Shown here: piece after piece, positions 1 to 8,406 of the stretch | Layout: every line of letters begins with the position of its first letter | How positions within the stretch are numbered: position 1 is the first letter of the stretch | Origin: Syntrophus sp. (in: bacteria) | GTDB taxonomy: Bacteria; Desulfobacterota; Syntrophia; Syntrophales; UBA8958 | Length of the DNA: 64,000 nucleotides | Direction of reading: 5' to 3' | Assembly (NCBI GenBank): GCA_025355725.1 | Contig: JANXZC010000098.1 | Coordinates: 7,467 to 71,466 of the forward strand | Notes under the pieces: model-generated | The model's database searches: none | What the model was told of the DNA's origin: nothing | What the model saw: only the letters and a program-made list of their open reading frames with translations | Made by a program: the position numbers and the translations under genes

Positions 1-315
1 TCCCTGTCCTCTGCGGACGGTCAAACAAGAGGGAATTCGGGAGACACAATAGCTCTGACTGGTTCCCCAAAGATAAAGATCGCTATTTCAGCGGTCGGGA
101 CCGCGCAAAATTCCGTGAAGGTGCGCCTGATCCGAGCAGGTGCATTGATTAACGTCTTTGAAGAAAAACTGCCGTTTGTGATTGAGCATACAGATCAATA
201 TTACAAGCCGGGTGAGAAGATTTACTACCGGATAGACATTAAAGGCCCCGGCATCATTGTCAGCAATCCGATTTTCGTATCTTTTCGTGAGGATAAAAAA
301 AGCGCTCCGCCCTGA
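1..315 (+). CDS. 3' end of a gene starting upstream of the window (hypothetical protein, last ~104 codons)
   Basis: Frame 1 is open from base 1 to TGA 313-315, so the listed 115..315 ORF is only its tail. A hairpin terminator follows. No family recognised. Confidence 0.5.
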   Translation, partial: SLSSADGQTRGNSGDTIALTGSPKIKIAISAVGTAQNSVKVRLIRAGALINVFEEKLPFVIEHTDQYYKPGEKIYYRIDIKGPGIIVSNPIFVSFREDKKSAPP

Positions 316-334
316 GGGGCGAAACGCTTTTTTT
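295..334. terminator. Bidirectional hairpin terminator between convergent genes
   Basis: A-run/agcg pairs with cgct/T-run, and an inner cgccc/gggcg stem is present. It is flanked by A6 and T7 and sits between the + gene end (315) and the - gene end (361). Confidence 0.6.
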
Positions 335-360
335 GCAGATTACCAAACTGAAATATTAAA

Positions 361-951
361 CTATTTCTTGCCTTTTTTAACAGGCTTGTCAGGGATGGCG
401 GCCAGCTCCTTGAAGGTGGCGTCCCATTTGTCGATGATGGATTTCAGCTCAGCGGCCTTCTTCTTGGCTCCGGCCGGATCACCGGCGATCATATCTTTGG
501 TTGCCTTCAATCCGTCCTCAAAGACTTTCGCGTCAGCCGCCCAGGCCTCCTGCTTGTCCTTCATCTTCTTCTCGACACCCTTGGCTGCGTCGGCAAGATT
601 CTTCCAGCCATCTTCCACAGCGGCCACGGCTGCGTTCGCCTCATCGGTCATGGCCTTCTTGCCTGCTGCGGCAGCGCCGGCAGCTTTATCGAAGGCGGCC
701 TTGGCACTCACATAACCCTGCTTGGCTTCCTCGTACTTCTTGTCATTCATCTGCGCTTCCGAAGCATCCCAGGTGCCCTTGGCAGTCTTGAAATCGGCGG
801 CGGCATACTTGTCAGCCCCTGCGGTTACGGCGGCATCCATAGATGTTTTCGCAGCCGCCTTTTCAGCTTCGGGTGGTTTAGCGCAGCCGATGAACATCAT
901 AATCAGTGCCATAACCATGATCGACGATACTGCAAACTTAAAATACTTCAT
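361..951 (-). CDS. Ala/Lys-rich helical lipoprotein (DUF4398-like)
   Basis: Signal peptide with lipobox (MMFIGC). Repeated A/K/E-rich helices with a KYAAADFKTAK-type motif. SD ggaggg lies upstream. Confidence 0.7.
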   Translation of the reverse strand: MKYFKFAVSSIMVMALIMMFIGCAKPPEAEKAAAKTSMDAAVTAGADKYAAADFKTAKGTWDASEAQMNDKKYEEAKQGYVSAKAAFDKAAGAAAAGKKAMTDEANAAVAAVEDGWKNLADAAKGVEKKMKDKQEAWAADAKVFEDGLKATKDMIAGDPAGAKKKAAELKSIIDKWDATFKELAAIPDKPVKKGKK

Positions 952-1165
952 AACTAAATCCCCTCCTTAATATAATTATTTGGTCCATTGTCGAAAATTA
1001 GCCTTTGTATTTATATCGTTTTCCATAGTTGTCAAGAATTTTTTGATTAAGGATAGCTCATTGTGATTTAGTTTCCTTCAAACATTCGATTATTATTAAC
1101 AGTCGAGAACTGAAAAGGCATGACTGAAAGTCATTAAATCATCATAAAAAACATTGGGATTCGTC

Positions 1166-1192
1166 TTGACAACCAAATCTGAAAGGTATATA
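1166..1192 (+). promoter_or_regulatory. Candidate sigma-70 promoter (TTGACA ... TATATA)
   Basis: TTGACA at 1166-1171 and tatata at 1187-1192 give a 15-nt spacer, which is suboptimal. It lies in the 650-bp AT-rich gap upstream of the thiolase operon. Confidence 0.3.
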
Positions 1193-1612
1193 GGTGCCGT
1201 GGTTGTGCGGATGAAGACTTTTGTTAAATCTTGAAAGTCCCCGCCTCTATTACCCACTGACACACATATTGTAAGCGAGTATCTCGAGTAAATAGTCATT
1301 GAGCTTGAAATCCCTGATGTTGAAGGAGATGACCCGGCCGTGATGCGACATACTTCCGCAAGGACAGGCAGGCTAAGAGAAGCAGGAACCACCTCAGGCT
1401 TTGTCCATTCTCACGCATTAAAAACAAATAACCAGATATTAATCATTAATATTCATATGCCGGAAAGTATCGCCATGTTTTCTGGTGGCGATGAAAGGGT
1501 CAATTTTGCCCCGGCCTGATGATTTAACAACATAACAATACACACCAGCGAGGGAAGGGAGTTCCTGGAAATGCCTGACCGGAACCGGTGAAGAGGAAAA
1601 AAGGAGGAGGAA

Positions 1613-2974
1613 ATGGAAAAAGTACCGCAGAAGTTGGATAAAACAAGGAAGGAATATTACAAGGACGCGAAGATTGCCAAATTCGGCGAGCGGAAGCCGG
1701 ATTTCTCAGGGATGGGCAGAAAAATCAAAAACAATTCTAAAGGTCTTCGCGAGGTAGTCTGTGTCGAGGCCTGTCGGACCCCTTACGGTGTATTCGGTGG
1801 GGCGCTGAAGGGTTTTGATGCCCCCCAGTTAGGTGCGCTGGCCATCAAGGAATGTCTCCGGAGAACGGACGGCAAGGTAAAGGGAGAGGACGTTGATTAT
1901 ATTATTATGGGTCAAGTCGTTCCGGCAGGCTGCGGGCAGGTGCCCAGCCGTCAGGCGACGCTGCTGGCGGGAGTGCCGGAAAGCGTTCCCTCCATTACTG
2001 TAAACAAGGTATGTTCCTCCGGTATCAAGACTATTGACCTTGCGGTCCAGATGATTCAGACCGGCCGGGCCGAAATTGTTATTGCCGGCGGTCAGGAGAG
2101 CATGAGCAACTGTCCCTATGTCCTTCCCGACATGCGCTGGGGTTCCCGGATGGGCCTGCCGAATGGCAAGCTCGTGGATGCCATGGTTCTGGACGGGCTT
2201 TGGGATGCCTTCTACAACCGCCACATGGCCATCCACGGCTCCGAGACGGCCGACGAGTTTGGCTTTACCCGCCAGGATCAGGATGAATGGGCTGTCAAAT
2301 CCCAGCTCAGCGCCGTAAAGGCGATGAAGGATGGAAAACTGGACGACGAGATTTTCCCCGTGGAGATCAAGAAGGGAAAGGAAGTCATCGTCTTTGACAA
2401 GGATGAAGGACCAAGGCCGGCGACGACGATCGAGGGCCTGGCGAAGCTGCCCCCCGTCTTCAATCACAAGAGCACCGTGACGGGAGAGCTTGGCAGCGTA
2501 ACGGCGGGAAACGCCCCCGGCGTCAACGACGGCGGCGATGTCTGCATGCTCATGAGCAGGGAGATGGCCGACAAGCTGGGCATGAAGCCCCTCTTCACGA
2601 TTCTGGACTATGCCGAAGTCTCCCAGCCGACGAAGGACATCGCCACGGTTCCCGGACTTTCCATAAAGAAGATCCTCGATCAGAACGATATGACCGTCGA
2701 TCAGCTCGATGTAATCGAAATCAACGAGGCCTTCGCGGCCGTGGCTATCGTCAGTGCCCGGTCCATCTTGGGAATGAGTAAAGAAGAGATGTACAAGAAG
2801 GTGAATCCAAATGGCAGCGCCATTGCCTATGGACATCCCATCGGCGCGACGGGGGCCCGGATCCTCATGACCCTGGGTTATGAACTACGTCGGCGCGGCG
2901 GCGGCATCGGTGTGTGCGGTATCTGTTCCGGCCACGCCCAGGGCGACGCCATGCTGATCAGAGTTGATAAATAA
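1613..2974 (+). CDS. Thiolase (acetyl-CoA acetyltransferase family), divergent paralog with a 45-aa basic N-terminal extension
   Basis: VNKVCSSG nucleophile Cys and NGSAIAYGHPIGATGAR motifs are present. The C-terminal motif is atypical (CGICSGHAQG). A strong SD aaggaggagg precedes the ATG. Confidence 0.9.
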   Translation: MEKVPQKLDKTRKEYYKDAKIAKFGERKPDFSGMGRKIKNNSKGLREVVCVEACRTPYGVFGGALKGFDAPQLGALAIKECLRRTDGKVKGEDVDYIIMGQVVPAGCGQVPSRQATLLAGVPESVPSITVNKVCSSGIKTIDLAVQMIQTGRAEIVIAGGQESMSNCPYVLPDMRWGSRMGLPNGKLVDAMVLDGLWDAFYNRHMAIHGSETADEFGFTRQDQDEWAVKSQLSAVKAMKDGKLDDEIFPVEIKKGKEVIVFDKDEGPRPATTIEGLAKLPPVFNHKSTVTGELGSVTAGNAPGVNDGGDVCMLMSREMADKLGMKPLFTILDYAEVSQPTKDIATVPGLSIKKILDQNDMTVDQLDVIEINEAFAAVAIVSARSILGMSKEEMYKKVNPNGSAIAYGHPIGATGARILMTLGYELRRRGGGIGVCGICSGHAQGDAMLIRVDK

Positions 2975-3011
2975 GCTTGAATATATTTTTTTTGAAAGGA
3001 GAAGTAGCAGC

Positions 3012-4301
3012 ATGAGAGAAGCGGTTATTGTAAGCGGCGCCAGGACAGCCGTCGGTGAGTTCGGCGGGTCCCTGAAGGGTGTCTCGGTTGTAGAGTTAGG
3101 CAGGCTGGTTATTAAAGAAGCCATCATTAGGGCAGGACTCCGCCCGGTCATTACGGACGCCATTAAAGCGGCCCGGCCGACCATCTTCGGAGATTTCGAT
3201 ATGTCGGATGTCCAGAAGAAATACTATGCCTACGACAGTTCCCTGACCCCCGTGTATTTTGACGAGGTCATTATGGGTAATGTCCTGAACGCAGGTGTGG
3301 GTCAGAATCCCCCCCGGCAGTCGGCGATTTTTGCCGGTCTTCCCGAGGAGACGAATGTTTTCACGGTTCAGAAAGTATGTGCATCAGGAATGAAGGCTAT
3401 CGCCTTGGCTGCCCAGGCCATCAATGCTGGTGATGCGGATATTATCATCGCCGGCGGTATGGAAAACATGAGCAACGTGCCTTATGCCATGGCCGACGCC
3501 CGTTGGGGTTACCGAATGAGTATGCCCTACGGTAAGGTAACAGACCTGCTGGTCCATGACGGCCTCTGGGAAATCTTCAACAGTTACCACATGGGGAACA
3601 CGGCGGAAGCCATCGGCGCAAAGTACGGTATTACCCGGGCCGAGCAGGATCAGATAGCCTATGAGAGCCACAGAAGGGCGCGGGCGGCTATCGCCAGTGG
3701 CGCCGTGGCTGACGAGATCGTACCTGTTGTCATTCCTCAGCGGAAGGGCGATCCCAAGGTCTTTGCCGTGGACGAGCGTCCCATGGATACAACCCTGGAA
3801 AAATTGGCGAAACTGTCGCCTGTCTTCAAGAAGGACGGTAGCGTTACGGCCGGAAACGCCTCGGGCATCAATGACGGAGCCACGGCAGTGGTTATCATGA
3901 GCGCCGAAAAGGCCAAAGAACTGGGTCTGAAACCTCTGGCCAAAATCAAGGGTTATGCTACTGGCGGTCTCGATCCGGCATACATGGGCCTCGGTCCCAT
4001 TCCGGCGACGCGGAAGCTGTTCAAGCAACTCGGCGTCACGATGAAGGACATCGGGCTCATCGAGCTCAACGAGGCCTTTGCGGTTCAGGCCCTGGGCTGC
4101 ATCAAGGAACTCGATGTTGATCTGGATAAGTGCAATCTCAACGGCAGCGGGATCTCCATTGGTCACCCCATCGGCAACACCGGTGCCAGGATCACCTACA
4201 CCCTGGCCATGCAGATGAAGAAGAAGGGCGTGAACCTGGGGCTGGCCTCCCTGTGCATCGGCGGCGGTCAGGGGATGTCCATTATCCTCGAGGCTGTCTA
4301 A
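3012..4301 (+). CDS. Acetyl-CoA acetyltransferase (thiolase II)
   Basis: Starts MREAVIVSGARTAVGEFGG and carries VCASGMKA, GHPIGNTGAR and canonical LCIGGGQG. Start moved to ATG 3012 behind the SD gaaaggag. Confidence 0.93.
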   Translation: MREAVIVSGARTAVGEFGGSLKGVSVVELGRLVIKEAIIRAGLRPVITDAIKAARPTIFGDFDMSDVQKKYYAYDSSLTPVYFDEVIMGNVLNAGVGQNPPRQSAIFAGLPEETNVFTVQKVCASGMKAIALAAQAINAGDADIIIAGGMENMSNVPYAMADARWGYRMSMPYGKVTDLLVHDGLWEIFNSYHMGNTAEAIGAKYGITRAEQDQIAYESHRRARAAIASGAVADEIVPVVIPQRKGDPKVFAVDERPMDTTLEKLAKLSPVFKKDGSVTAGNASGINDGATAVVIMSAEKAKELGLKPLAKIKGYATGGLDPAYMGLGPIPATRKLFKQLGVTMKDIGLIELNEAFAVQALGCIKELDVDLDKCNLNGSGISIGHPIGNTGARITYTLAMQMKKKGVNLGLASLCIGGGQGMSIILEAV

Positions 4302-4377
4302 TTAAGTTGGTATGATCGGGGCGGCGCCTTTTCGGGCCGCCCCTTCATGAACAATAATCTCATAAGGAGGGTTGAAC

Positions 4378-5238
4378 ATGGCAGTAAAAACCTTTGGCGT
4401 CATTGGCGCCGGACAGATGGGAAACGGCATCGCCCAGGTGGCGGCCTATCCCGGGGGCTTGAATGTCATCATGAACGACATTTCAGACCAGTTTGTGGAT
4501 AGAGGCTACGACACCATCGCGAAGAACCTCGACCGGCTGGTGGCCAAAGAAAAGATCACCGCCGATAAGAAGACGGAGATTCTCAGCCGGATCAAGAAAA
4601 GCACTAACCTCGAAGACATGAAGGACGCCGATTTTGTCGTCGAGGCGGCGGTGGAGAGAGAAGATCTGAAACTCGGCATCTTCAGGAAACTCGATGAGTT
4701 CTGCAAGCCAGATGTCATCCTGGCCACCAATACCTCGTCCATTCCCATCACCCGCATTGCCGGCGCTACCAAGCGTGCGGACAAGGTCATTGGTATGCAC
4801 TTCATGAACCCCGTCCCGGTTATGAGACTCGTTGAGATCATCCGGGGACTGGCGACATCCCAGGCGACCTACGACCTGACGGAGAGCCTCACCAAGCAGT
4901 TCGGCAAAGTTCCCGTGGAATGCAATGACTTCCCAGGTTTCATCTCCAACCGCATTCTTATGCCCATGATCAACGAGGCCTTCTGCGCCCTGATGGAAGG
5001 TGTGGGCACTCCCAAGGCCATCGACGACATCATGATCCTCGGGATGAATCACCCCATGGGCCCCCTGGCCCTGGCCGACCTCATTGGTCTGGATACCTGC
5101 TGGGCGATCATGGATGTCCTTCACAAGGGCTTCGGCGATTCCAAATACCGTCCCTCACCGCTGCTGAAGAAATATGTCGATGCCGGCTGGCTTGGCCGGA
5201 AAGTCGGCAGAGGCGTTTACGATTACAGCCAGAAATAG
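4378..5238 (+). CDS. hbd: 3-hydroxybutyryl-CoA dehydrogenase
   Basis: Rossmann motif [13 protein letters not shown] and full-length resemblance to 3-hydroxyacyl-CoA dehydrogenases. ATG 4378 lies 7 nt after aaggagg. Confidence 0.93.
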   Translation: MAVKTFGVIGAGQMGNGIAQVAAYPGGLNVIMNDISDQFVDRGYDTIAKNLDRLVAKEKITADKKTEILSRIKKSTNLEDMKDADFVVEAAVEREDLKLGIFRKLDEFCKPDVILATNTSSIPITRIAGATKRADKVIGMHFMNPVPVMRLVEIIRGLATSQATYDLTESLTKQFGKVPVECNDFPGFISNRILMPMINEAFCALMEGVGTPKAIDDIMILGMNHPMGPLALADLIGLDTCWAIMDVLHKGFGDSKYRPSPLLKKYVDAGWLGRKVGRGVYDYSQK

Positions 5239-5286
5239 GGGAATTCGCATCTTTCGGGATGCATAGATAAAAGGGGGTATGAATTG

Positions 5287-6069
5287 ATGGAATATCAGAA
5301 TCTCTTATTTGATGTGGAAGGTGGAGTAGCGACAATTACTTTTAACCGACCCAAGGCCCTAAACGCGATGAACTCCGTCACTATGAAGGAGCTCTACGAT
5401 GCTGCCATGCGCTGCCAGACGGATGCGGCGATCAAGGCGATCATCCTCACCGGCGCCGGAGACAAGGCCTTTGTGGCCGGGGCGGACATTTCCGAGATGC
5501 AGGAGATGCGCCCCCAGCAGGCCATGGAATTCATGGAGTTGGGACATGCCACCCTGCGCCTTATCGAGACGATGGGCAAACCATCCATCGCGGCGGTAAA
5601 CGGCTTCGCCCTGGGCGGCGGCACGGAGATTTCGATGGCCTGTGACATGCGTTTTGCTTCCGACAAGGCCCGTTTTGGTCAGCCCGAGATCCTCATCGGC
5701 CTGATTCCCGGCTGGGGCGGCACGCAGCGCCTGCCGCGCCTTATCGGCGTCGGCCGGGCCAAGGAAATCATCATGGGGGGCGGCCAGCTTGACGCCCAGC
5801 GGGCTTATGAAGTCGGATTGGTCAACAGGATATTCCCGGCGGATCAGCTCATGGCGGAAACAAAGAAGTTTGCCGCCAAATTGGCCGGACTGCCCGGATT
5901 TGCCCTGAAAATGGCGAAACACGCCATCGTTTATGGCTATGATCTGGCCCTGGACAACGCGAACAAACTGGAAGTCGAATGCTGCGCCCAGTGTTTCAGC
6001 ACCGACGATCAGAAAGAAGGGATGAAGGCGTTCCTGGAAAAGAGGAAGGCTAATTTCAAGGGTTGTTAA
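5287..6069 (+). CDS. Enoyl-CoA hydratase (crotonase family)
   Basis: GGGTEISMACDMRFA and FGQPEILIGLIPGWGGTQRL crotonase-fold motifs. Confidence 0.9.
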   Translation: MEYQNLLFDVEGGVATITFNRPKALNAMNSVTMKELYDAAMRCQTDAAIKAIILTGAGDKAFVAGADISEMQEMRPQQAMEFMELGHATLRLIETMGKPSIAAVNGFALGGGTEISMACDMRFASDKARFGQPEILIGLIPGWGGTQRLPRLIGVGRAKEIIMGGGQLDAQRAYEVGLVNRIFPADQLMAETKKFAAKLAGLPGFALKMAKHAIVYGYDLALDNANKLEVECCAQCFSTDDQKEGMKAFLEKRKANFKGC

Positions 6070-6213
6070 CAGGCGAAGGGGCATGACGCTCTCCTCATCG
6101 ATGAGAGGGGGCGTTGTCCTTTCCCCCATGGGGAACTTCTTGAGTTAATTGAGACAACCCCCGCTGGATGGCATCGTAGTCGTCAGTTAAACAAATATTA
6201 GGAGGGATTGGAA

Positions 6214-8046
6214 ATGGCACATTCTACTTGGTTGTATCAAACGCGCGATATTACGTTCCAGATTAAAGAATGGCTCGGCATGGATAAGCTCCTGAACCTT
6301 GACGCTTATAAAGAATTCTACGGGATTGACGATATCGATAATTTCCTCGATGTTAACAATAAAGTCTGCCGCGACGTGATGTGTCCGGCCAACAAAGATG
6401 CCGATGAACCCGGCGCGAAGTATGTGGGCGGTAATGAACATGCGGTTGTCACCCCCGAGTCGTTCAAGAAAGTTTATAAAGCTGTCCAGGAGGCGTCGGT
6501 AGCACAGCAGTTTGGTTTCCGCGGCGAAGGCAAAATACCGCTGACTTGGTACGCTCCGATTCTGGAAATGCAGACTGCCGCATCACCGTCGATAGTCATG
6601 TTCTGGTGTCTGACCCAGGGTGCTATCACGGTGCTCCAGGAATATGGCACCCAAAAACAACAGGACTTGTTTATGCCCAAGATGATATCCGGTGAATGGT
6701 GCGGTACTATGGGCCTGACCGAACCGGGCGCAGGCTCCGAGGTCGGCGCGGTCCAAAGCAAGGCATTTCCCACCGACACTCCCGGCAAGTATAAACTCAC
6801 GGGTACGAAATGCTTCATCACCTCCGGAGACCATGACCTGGCGGAAAACATTATCCACCTGATGCTGGCCAAGACCCCGGGCGCCAAAGAAGGGACCGCC
6901 GGCATTTCCCTCTTCCTGGTGCCCAAGTTCTGGGTCAACGAGGATGGTTCCGTGGGCGCCTGGAATGACGTAACCACCATGAATATTGAGCACAAACTGG
7001 GCATTCACGGTTCTTCTACCTGTACCCTGTCCATGGGTGAAAACAATAACTGTTACGGCTGGATGGTAGGCGAAAAAGAAGTGGTAGAAGGCAAAGCCGT
7101 AGGCATGAAGCAGATGTTCGCGTATATGAACGAAGAACGTCTGAACACCGGATTATTCTCCCTGGGATGCATTGGCGCAGCCTATTATGCAGCTCTGGAT
7201 TATACGAAGGTGCGGGTGCAGAGCAAACACTCCACCAATCCCAAGGGACCCAGCGTCAGGATCATCGAGCACGAAGATGTCCGCCGCATGCTGTTGTTCC
7301 AGAAATCCATTATGGAGGCCTGCCGGGCGTTGATTTACCAGTCCTATCTCTACCGCGACTTGTCTATGGATGCCGCCACGCCGGAAGAGAGGGCCTATTA
7401 CGACGATATGTTTTCAATCAACAACCCCCTATGCAAAGCCTATGCCTCCGACATGGCCAGGCGTACAACCGAGGAGGCGATCCAATGCCACGGCGGCTAC
7501 GGCTTCATGGAAGAGTATGCCGCGGCGGAACTGTACCGGGACGTCGTGATCTACGGTATCTGGGAAGGCACAAACTTCATCCAGGCCCAGGACTATACGG
7601 GCCGCAAGTTCACTATGAAGGATGGCGCGCCGTTCCGGAAGTGGGTGGCAGAAATCGACGAATTCGTTGCCGGTAAGAAGACCGACGAATTCGCGGCAGA
7701 ATTTGCGATGATGGCGGATGCCATGGTTGCTTTCAAAGATATCGTGGACATGAATGCGGCCTGGACAACCGGCGATAGGCAGATGAAACAGCTCTTCGCT
7801 ACCCGGACCATGCATGCAGGTGCGAGAGTTTACTGCGGCAAACTGTTGCTCGACCAGGCCATCCTGGCGGCCGCTAAGCTCAAAGAACTGGGTGACGACC
7901 ACCATGATGCCAATTTCTACAAGGGCAAAATCGCCAGCGCCAAGTTCTATGTCATGAATCATGTTACCGATATCTTCGGATATGAGAAGTCTATGAAGTG
8001 CGGTGACCGCAGTTCTATCGACATCCCTGAAGCAAGTTTCATGTAG
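6214..8046 (+). CDS. Acyl-CoA dehydrogenase, long form with extra C-terminal domain
   Basis: GLTEPGAGSEVG motif and ACAD middle and C-terminal domains plus a ~200-aa C-terminal extension. ATG 6214 lies after ggaggg. Confidence 0.9.
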   Translation: MAHSTWLYQTRDITFQIKEWLGMDKLLNLDAYKEFYGIDDIDNFLDVNNKVCRDVMCPANKDADEPGAKYVGGNEHAVVTPESFKKVYKAVQEASVAQQFGFRGEGKIPLTWYAPILEMQTAASPSIVMFWCLTQGAITVLQEYGTQKQQDLFMPKMISGEWCGTMGLTEPGAGSEVGAVQSKAFPTDTPGKYKLTGTKCFITSGDHDLAENIIHLMLAKTPGAKEGTAGISLFLVPKFWVNEDGSVGAWNDVTTMNIEHKLGIHGSSTCTLSMGENNNCYGWMVGEKEVVEGKAVGMKQMFAYMNEERLNTGLFSLGCIGAAYYAALDYTKVRVQSKHSTNPKGPSVRIIEHEDVRRMLLFQKSIMEACRALIYQSYLYRDLSMDAATPEERAYYDDMFSINNPLCKAYASDMARRTTEEAIQCHGGYGFMEEYAAAELYRDVVIYGIWEGTNFIQAQDYTGRKFTMKDGAPFRKWVAEIDEFVAGKKTDEFAAEFAMMADAMVAFKDIVDMNAAWTTGDRQMKQLFATRTMHAGARVYCGKLLLDQAILAAAKLKELGDDHHDANFYKGKIASAKFYVMNHVTDIFGYEKSMKCGDRSSIDIPEASFM

Positions 8047-8091
8047 TTCAAGTGAACCCTGCTTAAGGGCAGGAAGACCCTAAGTGTGAAC

Positions 8092-8122
8092 AGCTAGAGC
8101 GGAATGAAATTCCGCTCTAGCT
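8092..8122 (+). terminator. Perfect 14-bp stem hairpin after the long ACAD gene
   Basis: agctagagcggaat / attccgctctagct with a 3-nt loop. No T-run follows, so terminator function is uncertain. Confidence 0.5.
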
Positions 8123-8138
8123 AATTACGCTAAAGTAA

Positions 8139-8384
8139 AGAGTCCAGCTCGGCAAACCAATTTCAACCTTCAAGGCTATTCAGTTCAAGCTGGCCGATAT
8201 GGCGACCCAACTCGAAGCCGCTGAGTTGCCTCTCCTGCGCGCTGCCCGGATGGAAGACAAAAACCACCGGGATTACGAGAAAGAATCGGCCATGGCCAAG
8301 ATGTATGCCTCCGATGTCGTAATGCAGGCTGCTATTGAAGGCGTCCAGACCTTCGGCGGTTGTATCTACTGCAAATATTATATT
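8139..8384 (+). pseudogene. Remnant of an acyl-CoA dehydrogenase gene (internal-3' fragment, ~82 codons)
   Basis: RVQLGKPISTFKAIQFKLADMATQLEAAELPLLRAARMEDKNHRDYEKESAMAKMYASDVVMQAAIEGVQTFGGC aligns with ERVQFGKPIST...IFGGYGYC of the downstream gene (DNA 9211-9450). The first ~268 and last ~33 codons are missing. Confidence 0.8.
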
Positions 8385-8406
8385 CAATTTAAGGGGGGTA
8401 CTAAGT

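Noticed and set aside
1233-1240. GAAAGTCC, reminiscent of the RNase P RNA GGAAAGTCCGGGC core
   Set aside because: No other RNase P conserved regions are present (for example the ACAGAA/CCCGGCTTA region), and the available non-coding space is too short. It is a chance octamer.
1096-1392. 98-aa minus-strand ORF in the long gap upstream of the thiolase operon
   Set aside because: The translation is Ser/Thr-rich and low-complexity. There is no SD, it lies in an AT-rich region, and no family resemblance was seen.
1829-2836. Long antisense shadow ORFs opposite strongly supported genes. Examples: 1829-2836, 3384-4166, 4483-5124, 5359-6129, 16478-17488, 19616-20215, 35574-36206, 42749-43339, 49452-50162, 57856-58455, 60303-61103 and 61711-62487.
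   Set aside because: Each lies fully inside a gene with clear family motifs on the other strand. Their translations are Arg/Gly/Pro-rich or low-complexity with no motifs, as is typical of GC3-biased shadow frames.
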